Assembly: GCA_964016885.1 (NCBI GenBank)
Contig: OZ024747.1
Coordinates: 37,138,001-37,202,000, forward strand
Direction of reading: 5' to 3'
From: Eledone cirrhosa
Lineage: Eukaryota
DNA: 64,000 nucleotides
Both the position numbers and the translations under genes were made by a program. Below, in pieces: positions 55,101-64,000 of this stretch. Numbering within the stretch: the first letter of the stretch is position 1; each line of letters opens with the position of its first letter. The notes beneath the pieces are model-generated. The model did no database searches and had not been told where the DNA came from. It saw only the letters and a program-made list of their open reading frames with translations.

Positions 55101-56340
55101 AACATTTGGCCTACTCAACTGGTCATTGCAAGAACTAAGTGAGATGGATGTTAGAACTCGAAAACTTCTCAGTGTTACTGGCAACTTTAACATCAATGGT
55201 GATGTGGATAGGCTATACTTCTCACGCAAGGAAGGTGGCCGGGGTCTAAAATCAATATTAACAACATATGAGACCCGGATAGTAACACTGAAGCAACACC
55301 TTCAACAGAGGAAAAAGGTTGGCAACCATCTTGCCCAGGTTTATGAGCATGAAAAAAGAAATATCATTAGAATAGCGACTGATTTGGAGGAGAGATATGG
55401 AATAAAGCTTGATATAAATCTCTCACCCAGAGAAATCGGAAGATCCTATTCAATGTTCAAACAAGATAAGAAAATTGACCAATTTACAGAAAAAGTTGTG
55501 CATGGATACTTGAGGCGTAAAACACAGACCCTAGAGGGGATAAACCACTCAAAAAGCCTGGCATGGAGTTCCGACAAGATTATAACATCACACCTTGAGG
55601 GATATCTCTATGCAATACAGGAACAAGAACTCCCTACCAAATATCTGCTGCACAAAAGAGGAGGGCCAGCAGCTGACAATAAATGTAGGCTATGTAAAAC
55701 AAAGATCGAGGATGTAAGCCACATTGTTGCCAGCTGCGAAAGAATGTCATCTCGCTACTACCTCCCCATGAGACACGATGGGATAGCTAGAACCATCTGG
55801 AACGCACTTCGGAAAACAAAATTAACAACAAACGAGGATGAATATATTGAGACAGATGGCACTAAGGAATACTGGTGGAACCTGAAAATAAAAACTGCCA
55901 CCAAATTAAAGCACAACCGGCCTGATATTGTAGTTTGGGACCACACATTGAAAACGTGTTCTGTTGTGGAGATCAGCTGCCCACTTGATGTAAAGGTTGT
56001 CAGAAAAATACAGGAGAAGGAGGACATCTACGGACCATTGATGAGGAGTTTACAAATCCAGTATCCAAGATACACCTTTAGCTTCATACCCATCATTATT
56101 GGTGGTACGGGTTATATACCAACCCGCTTGGACCAAAGTATGACTGAACTTGGATTTGCGGACAAAAAGCGCAGCTCCCTAATTCATAGTCTGCAAATGG
56201 CTGCGATAGCTGGCACCTTCAAAATTTGCAAAACATTCTGCGATTCAAGGGATGACAATTTCTTTTCTTTTACAACCTTGCCACCAGGAAGGTGGCCGGT
56301 CAAAAAAATATACTCGAAATTAAGAGAAAGAGAAAACATA
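52113..56340 (+). mobile_element. Near-intact full-length R4/Dong element in (TACA)n
   Basis: Starts after (TACA)n with AAATGGCGACC and ends ..AAAGAGAAAA(CATA)n. Confidence 0.9.
52751..56250 (+). pseudogene. R4/Dong ORF (RT, CCHC, RLE) with a frameshift near 54190
   Basis: KSPGPD, DYQKAFDSVPH, GIFQGDSLS, FFVDDLKL, CRLC..H..C, RHD, RPDIVV..EISCP, KICKTF. Confidence 0.93.
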
Positions 56341-56349
56341 CATACATAC

Positions 56350-57232
56350 ATGATGGCTGCCCCCTCGTTATCGAGTATGGCCCTTCTACGAGAAAAAAAA
56401 ATATATATATAGATATATAGATATATATAGAGGAAAAAGTATGAACCCGACGGCAGAGCTGAAGCCGTTTCGACGGCTATTTCAATACTAATAGGTAGTC
56501 CAGAAATAGCCGTCGAAACGGCTTCAGTTCTGCTGTCGGGGTCATAATTTTTCCTATTTCCCACTCTACTACCCTAGGTATTGAGTACTCTGGTGCGTTA
56601 TAGTGCATCTGGTTCTTTACCACATTGCCTTTGTTATATATATATATATATATTAATAACAATAATAATAATAATAACAATAATAATGACAACAACAACA
56701 ATAATAATATACATATATATATATACACACACACACGCACACACATAAACATATCTATACCCACACACGATAGCGATTAACAGCGCTGCGATCGAATGTG
56801 GCTTTTTAGCCCAGCCAATGATCTAAAATGTCTTGCACAGAGTCGGCAACCAAAACATTCACTGGGAATAGCCGGCTGTGGTTGGAGTTCATGTACTTTT
56901 GCATGTCGCTTGAGCCCTCCTGCTGATTTACATTCTCTACCACATGCTTGGCAAGCATGATGAGTAGCATCTCCAACAGCAGCCTGGTAGTCAACCACTG
57001 GTCTTACTTTATGACTGCGAAGATGACTTTCGAGTCCAGCTTTTCTTAGGCAGAGTCTCGCACAGACGCTGCATGTCAGCACCATAAGAGGGCCCTCGCC
57101 GTCTGGAAGTGCAACAGCAATGCCATTCCTCACATCCCGCTTCACTTTCTCGTATGCGATTCGAAATGCCTCAAAGGCAACTTTTCCCTCATATACAGTC
57201 TTTCTCCATTTATTACGACCAGTTGCAACATT
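56350..57232 (-). mobile_element. 5'-truncated RTE copy encoding three C-terminal C2H2 zinc fingers (56777-57145)
   Basis: Homologous to 24268-24712. CSVC..HLRSH, CQAC..HAKVH, CRLC..HIRS. The 3' hairpin at 56350-56385 is separated from the body by later insertions. Confidence 0.85.
56431..56635. mobile_element. Fold-back mini-element with a one-sided tail
   Basis: Arms 56431-56483 and 56503-56555, tail with ACTC..GAGTACT at 56563-56589, TA-rich flanks. Confidence 0.75.
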
Positions 57233-57809
57233 TTGTATGTATATATGTATGTATATATGTGTGTGTATGTGTGTATATATATCTATATACGGTTGTGCGT
57301 AGGTATGTGTGCGCGCGTATGTGTGTGTATGTGTGAATGTTTGCGTGGGTCATGCGTGTCGGACCTGATATATGCCTGACTTAGGCAGGCGCTAATAGGC
57401 TTGTGGCGGTCGGTATATAGAAGTGGGTGTGCCTGGGTTTGTGGAAGAGAGGGAGAGTGTGTGCGTATATATATATATGTATGGGTGTGTATGTCTACGC
57501 ATGTATGCGTACATATGTGTATGCACGCATGGGTCTGTGTCTGCCTGTGTGTGTATATGTGTGTGTATATGTATGTGTGGGTACATACTCTGGAGTGTGA
57601 ACAGACGTGTGAGATACCGAACCCAGCATGACCCCATTGAAGTATGTCGGACGGAAAATGATGGCCCGTGTAGCAGTAAATAGTGACCAGAACTTAAGAT
57701 GACGTGGAGTAACAACAGTCAATGGCATGACAAGAGTGGAAGAAGTTTTTTGAAGGTGTTTTTTTTATGATAACACCCCAGTGATAAAATTTTACCCGAA
57801 CGAACTACC

Positions 57810-57900
57810 CGTGTCTGAAGGAACCTGCAGCCGTAGAGTCATCCAGATCCATACAGTGACCATGTCTCGAGCTACCTGCCGGCGAAACAATTGTAACACG
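57810..57900 (+). ncRNA. Type I hammerhead motif with a long stem II and a core variant
   Basis: CGTGT-CTGAAGG-A..(about 60 nt)..C-GAAA-CAATTG-TA-ACACG, followed by AATAAA and the ACTC..GAGTGCT hairpin. Confidence 0.7.
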
Positions 57901-58030
57901 CAATAAATTGAGTCCAGATGCATCACTGATTTTTCGTTTTTTTATACTATCCACACTCTACTCGGTTGAATATTGAGTGCTAATTTTGGCATACCGCCTA
58001 TGGAAGCACCATAGCTACCATTATACACAA

Positions 58031-58065
<35 letters not shown>

Positions 58066-58072
<7 letters not shown>

Positions 58073-58720
58073 GACGTAAAATAAGAAAATTAAAAAAAAA
58101 ATTAAAAATTAACTTACTTACTAAAATTTTCACTCCAACTAATTAGTTTCTGTAATGGGATAGAGGTATACTAAATTCTCTATATTTATCTCCAAATTAT
58201 TTATTTGTTGAGCAAACCTGCCAAATCCACTACTAATTCATTGGTGTGGTAGTAGGCCTTTGTCATCTTACCAACCCACTCCTTCCGACTAGCCTCAGTG
58301 TCACGTGATTGATTCTTTAGAATCTGCCATTTGACCAGAGACAGCGAACTTTATCAGTGCACGGAATCCAGTCCCCGCTAGCTGTTCCATCCACCGAATT
58401 ATTATTATTTTTATATGAGTCCCCAGTGTCCGCGCATTGCCTGGAGACTTAGCTGAGAATAGACTCCCTGATGAAGTAATGAATTCTCGATGGTTATATT
58501 ACGTAACTATCTCTATCCCATTACAGAAACTAATTAGTTGGAGTGAAAATTTTAGTAAGTAAGTTAATTTTTAATTTCTTTTTAAATTTTCTTATTTTAC
58601 GTCTTTCATATTATTGTTCTGCATCCTCCTGCATTGAACCACCTAGGTACTATGACATAACTTATGTATTTGCTAGCATTAGTGTACATCTGTACGCATA
58701 TGTTGGTAGATATACTAAAT

Positions 58721-58725
<5 letters not shown>
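58066..58725. mobile_element. Fold-back element with a plus-strand hammerhead at 58463-58544
   Basis: Arms 58066-58168 and 58508-58610. ACTCC-CTGATGA-A-GTAATG..CATTAC-A-GAAA-CTAATTAG-TT-GGAGT. Confidence 0.87.
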
Positions 58726-58747
<22 letters not shown>

Positions 58748-58752
<5 letters not shown>

Positions 58753-59727
58753 CTATATTATATTTAGAGATTAAACTCTTAGTCGTTTACAATTAATCAG
58801 CTCAAAGAAAGAGGCATTTCTGAGCAGTGAAATACAAGTTATATATTAATATATATGATAAACACAAAACGTGTTTGTATTGTAACAGACAAAGTTAGCT
58901 AGCAATGAAATAAACTAATTAAAGTAAATACAATTTGTCTGTCTCGATATAAGTCAATAAAGACAAGCATATATTGGCAAAAGCCGTGATTTCTGGACAA
59001 ATTTAAATTTCAAAATCCAAACCCGCTCCGTAGATGAATTTGAACTTCGAAACCCAAATATGTTTCGCAAAGATGGTACATGAATTGAAAAATAAAGAGA
59101 ATCGAAATGGAATTGAAATAAAAAGTGAAATATCCAAATCTTATGTGCTTATCAACAGGAATCCAGTAAAATTAGTACATTCCACCTTCAAAAATTTTGC
59201 AGGTCTGATCGTTGAGCTGATTAATTGTAAACGACTAAGAGTTTAATCTCTAAATATAATATAGTATATTGCTCCTTAACTGTAGAGCTGATCTTTAATC
59301 CCGTATAAACGGCTGTAATTTCTAGCACCGGGTATGCGGGATGGCTAGTTTGGCTGGCTACACCACGTGTAATTAGACCTGCAAAATTTTTGAAGGTGGA
59401 ATGTACTAATTTTACTGGATTCCTGTTGATAAGCACAGAAGATTTGGATATTTCACTTTTTATTTCAATTCCATTTCGATTCTCTTTATTTTTCAATTCA
59501 TGTACCATCGTTGCGAAACATATTTGGGTTTCGAAGTTCAAATTGGGATTTTGACATTTAAATTTGTCCAGGAATCACGGCTTTTGCCAATATAAGCTTG
59601 TCTTTATTGACTTATATCGAGACAGACAAATTGTATTCACTTTAATTAGTTTATTTCTTTGCTAGCTAACTTTGTCTGTTACAACACAAACACGTTTTGT
59701 GTTTATCATATATATTAATATATAACT

Positions 59728-59732
<5 letters not shown>
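58748..59732. repeat. Interleaved double inverted repeat (A-B-A'-B') in (TA)n
   Basis: A 58748-58805 with A' 59212-59269; B 58832-59206 with B' 59375-59732. Confidence 0.9.
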
Positions 59733-59769
<37 letters not shown>

Positions 59770-59774
<5 letters not shown>

Positions 59775-59959
59775 GTGGTTACACAACAGTTAGTTCACCA
59801 TACCGAGAACAATTGTTTCACCTTAGCGGATCCTCAGCTCGTAATGGTGAAACAATTGTTCTCGGTATGGTGAACTAACTGTTGTGTAACCACTTCTACC
59901 TAACTCGTCCCATGGACTGAGTGCTCTACCACTACGGATATTACCTTCCAGTGCACTAC

Positions 59960-59960
<1 letters not shown>
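59770..59960. mobile_element. Fold-back mini-element with a minus-strand hammerhead at 59804-59841
   Basis: Perfect arms 59770-59822 and 59846-59898. Minus strand CGAG-CTGAGGA-TCC(GCTAA)GGT-GAAA-CAATTG-TT-CTCG. Tail hairpin at 59903-59925. Confidence 0.87.
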
Positions 59961-60033
<73 letters not shown>

Positions 60034-60989
60034 GGAAAAAATTAAACGAAATTTCATTTCTCACTCTTAGTACGGCTGTTACTTAAATATAAGTATGTAT
60101 ACGTACATACATATATGTATACAGACGTACAGTAGTATGTATATATACACATACATGCACACATATATATATGTACGTATGGATTTACCAAACATTTATT
60201 ATAACGCTCGGTTTGTTTGTGTGCATGTATGTATATATGTACATACTACTGTACGTCTGTATACATATATGTATGTATATATAAAGGCATATATACACAC
60301 AAACACACATCTATACAATTTATATATACATATATATATATTCGGCTATATATGCATGTATACGATATTTATACACCCATATTATATGAGTATATACATA
60401 TATACATACATATTTAAGTTAATACATATATGTATACAAAACATACATAGATACACATAAAACCGTACGTACAAAAAATTATATTGACATACATATAAAC
60501 GCATACGTAAGTTCATACAAAGAAAAAATAAATATTAGCACTCAAAAATATTCATACATATCTATGAATATGTTAAGTATATTTTCAGGGGACAAAAAGA
60601 ATTTACGATACTATAATTAGAATCATGAAGACATGAGGTAAAATTGGATATAAATCATATGTATGTGTTATAAGTATAATTAAAGGTATGTGAACTTATA
60701 TATGTGTGTGTCAAATATATTATTAGAAAGAACGAGTGTTCGATGCGTCTTATAGAGTCATCAAATGTATATACTTACATACCTAAATGTACGCAAAGCG
60801 AAAGAAAGAAGTGAAAATAATCAATATGTGAGTGTTATCTGTGTGTTTTGGTTATAACTACATGTATGTGATCATTTTAAATATACGTTCAGAGTAGTTA
60901 TTGTTAATGCTATTTCATAATTGAAATATATGTTCAGGGTGGCTGTGTGTCCATATTGGTGCTATTTTTATTCCAACAGGTAAGCAGAT

Positions 60990-61800
60990 GTGATCTTATA
61001 TGCGAGCAGCCTAGATTAAAGAAAGTTTTTATCAAATCTTTACGAAATTTGTGAAGATCATGACCATTGGTGGTATGAGAGACTTCTAGTGCGTCATCTC
61101 GATATAAACCTATAGTGTGATTGGGGAATTTCTCTTTAAGTGTGTGGAGGAGGAATAACCCAACTAAATCGCACACATCGCCACTATCAAAAGAACCCAT
61201 TTAGACATCAAAAGGATTTTCTAGGTTTGATTTTTTTACCCAGGTTTCGTCTTTGGCAAAAATTAATGTTTTTTATGGCATGCAAAATGACATCTTTCTC
61301 TAGTTCTGATATATCAGTAAATTGTCTAGCAAAATCTAATGATTTGGCTAATAAGGAGCGAGTAATAGAAGGGTAGAAATCGATATATCTAATTAGGTAA
61401 ATCTAGACTTATTTTTCTCTTATATATTATCAAACCAAGATATAACTGAGGAAGCATTTAACCATTGAAATAATTCTGTTTTACTTCTTGTTTGTTTAAT
61501 GATATTTCTTAAAATTTTTTACTAGCAAGACCAATTTCTGTTTTAGCAGGGTTAATAAGTCTACAACTAGGTCGGTTATTGACATCTATATTATGGCCCT
61601 TAATTGTAATATAAGCTTTACGTCTTGCTTTACTCGTTGCTTAAATGTGAACATTTCTGGATAACAAATAATTTTCCTGAATTCTTTCATGATATTTTGG
61701 TCCGACCATTTCTAATATTAAATAATTAAACAACAACGGTTTTTGTCTCATCAAACATAGAATTTGTAATGATGTCTTCTTTACAAGAGAATTTCCGCAC
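60990..61800 (-). pseudogene. Decayed Penelope-like reverse transcriptase core
   Basis: KAYITIK, CRLINPAKTEIG, DFYPSIT, MGSFDSGDVCDLVGLFLL, GLYRDD. Confidence 0.85.
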
Positions 61801-62020
61801 AACTCTATGACAAATCCTACTCTGTGTGTGTGTGAATGATTTTTTATGAGGCGGGTCTGATTTTAAATTTTTTAATAATTAATTTGAACACGTAACATAC
61901 GAAATATTGGAAATTCCAATAATCAAAGCTTTGGGGTTGTAATGAAGAAATATATAATAGTACATTGTATATGGTTTGAGACAAACCACGACAGAAACAC
62001 AAACCTTCCATCTCAATTTC

Positions 62021-62058
62021 ACTTTTGAAAATTATAAGAACTGTGAAACTGGTAAAGT
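62021..62058 (+). ncRNA. Degenerate U3-A8 hammerhead, same family as 9382-9419
   Basis: ACTT-TTGAAAA-TTATAAGAACTGT-GAAA-CTGG-TA-AAGT; flanks are homologous to 9355-9490. Confidence 0.55.
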
Positions 62059-62115
62059 AAATAAATAAATATTCTTAAAATACTCCAGTGGCATTTTCAA
62101 TTTCTTTTCCATATT

Positions 62116-62299
<184 letters not shown>

Positions 62300-62350
62300 T
62301 GTGTGTGCGTGTGTATGTGTGTGCGTGTATGTGGGTATATATATATATGT

Positions 62351-62567
62351 CCAGGTCTGTTGTTTTAACCTGATTAGTTCTTTCGTTGTTTTGGTATTGT
62401 ATGGTTGGGTTTTGCCTACCACAATTTTCAATGTGTCAAGCTATTTAAACGTAATGTTATTACTCTAAGGACCTACCCTTATTGAGTGCTTTGATACGCA
62501 TTCCTTATAGTAGGTCAACTCTGCTTCGCCACAGCCAAAGCTTCGATTTTACTAAGCTTCCAATTGA
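62351..62567 (+). mobile_element. (TA)n-flanked element 3' end, same family as 46973-47180
   Basis: Sequence homology to 46973-47180; hairpin at 62462-62490. Confidence 0.75.
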
Positions 62568-62616
62568 ATATATATATATATAGATAGAAAGATAATAGAT
62601 AGATAGATAGATAGAT

Positions 62617-64000
62617 TTCTTTATTTACCATAAAGGCATAAAAAGAAGGGACAAATACAAAGGGGGAGTTTACATATAATCGAGTAAAAAGGGTGTAACA
62701 TGAAAATAATCGAAAATAACCTCAAAAGGGAGGGGACGTGATGGGGGTTGCACACACCCCCGAAAAAGTGTGCAATCCTTTGCCCAGGGAGCACATGGAG
62801 AAGGTGCTCCCCTCTCCTTTACTTCTTTACCTACAGGATGGTATACAGAGAAGGCCCATTTACACGAGCCATTCTCGCCACTATCACCCACCTTTCATAA
62901 AACTGCCTGTGGCCAAGCACCTCTCTCTCCATTCTTATCCTTCTTCCGAAGTGATATCGGAAGAAGTAGACCAGACTATGGCCAGAGAGGAAGTTGCCTG
63001 ACCTCAGACCTTTCAATCGTGTCCACCAAACAACCTCTTTCAACATGGCTATTACGCACAGAAAAACCGCCTTTGCTTCCTTTGTGAAGAGGGGAGGCGG
63101 TTTGATTGTCATCACGGACTCGGCTGTCAATTTAATCGGCGCCACCCGCGACAGCAGTTGTTCGGCGTAGCCCCACAGATCAGCCACGCCCGGACATTGC
63201 ACCAATGCGTGCGCCACGGTTTCTTCGTGACGCACGCATCTAGGGCAAATCTTTTTTGAGGGATCCCTGCCCGGGCGCCCGTGTCTGTAGAGCCTCTCTC
63301 GAACGGGTAGAGCCCCTCGGTAGCACTGCCAGGCCAGTGACTTCTGGAAGTTGTCCATTGGTCCTGGGCCGAAAGTCCTACCGAACAGGCTGGCCAGTTC
63401 GTCTTCTTCCATGTCCAGCGACTCTCCAAGGGTGTCATCGCCCCTGCTAGCCACCAGCCCTCTATAGAATGATGAGGTGGATTCTCCACCGATGGCCCGG
63501 CCCGCTTGCCAGAGAGCCCTGAGCGCCTGAGCACACTCAGTGTGCCAGTCTCCCAGTTTTCCGGATCTTTGCTTGACCCAGGACTGTAGCTCGGTGAGTG
63601 AGACGAGTCTCGGAAAGGCTCGTTTCACGAACGGAGCCCACACCGGTTGACCAGTGAGGAATACCTGTAGGTGCCGTAGCCTTAATGCGTGCCTACGCAT
63701 CATCAACCACGGCATCCCCAGCCCTCCTTTCGAAGGTTGTTGGCAGCAGATGGATCTTCTCACCATAGGAGGACGCTTCTTCCAAAGAAATTGGAAGAGC
63801 ATGCGTTCCATGGTGGTGAGTGTTTCCTTAGGGCAAGGCACGACAGTCAGGCGGTAGTAAGTGACGGACGCTATGTAAATGTTCGCCACCTCCGCCCGGC
63901 CTTTTAGGGACAGCTTACACTTGGCCCATTTCTGGGTTAGTGCAAACACCTTGTTCGTAACCTCGTTCCAGTTCTTTTCCACCTGGAGGTCCGGTCCAAA
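62617..64000 (-). mobile_element. Tx1/L1-clade LINE 3' part (ORF2 C-terminus 62831-64000), a second subfamily
   Basis: The 383-aa ORF is similar to the C-terminus of 27904-29050 (LSLKGRAEVAN, GGLGMPWL, CPRC..ETVAHALVQC); the 3' end abuts (TAGA)n. Confidence 0.92.

Overview
Gene-poor, AT-rich eukaryotic DNA made almost entirely of microsatellites and transposable elements. The repeat content suggests a cephalopod (Octopus-like) genome; this is an inference. No host gene is supported except a possible Myb/SANT-like ORF start at the left edge. Recognisable elements are a degenerate RTE LINE and RTE derivatives, two Tx1/L1-clade LINEs, several R4/Dong LINEs, a CRE fragment, Helitrons with PIF1 remnants, tRNA-derived SINEs, a mariner-type MITE and two decayed Penelope-like (PLE) RT/GIY-YIG remnants. 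Two signals stand out. First, I read 16 type I hammerhead-ribozyme motifs from about 10 mutually dissimilar short non-coding element families, nearly all sitting in (TA)n tracts. Many are asymmetric fold-backs, several share a 3' ACTC..GAGTRCT hairpin, and one is a near-perfect 485-bp tandem retrozyme-like array. Second, an RTE copy has conserved motifs altered largely by sense-strand A>G changes, as expected if an ADAR hyper-edited RNA was reverse-transcribed into the genome. All structures were read by eye; no searches or folding programs were run.
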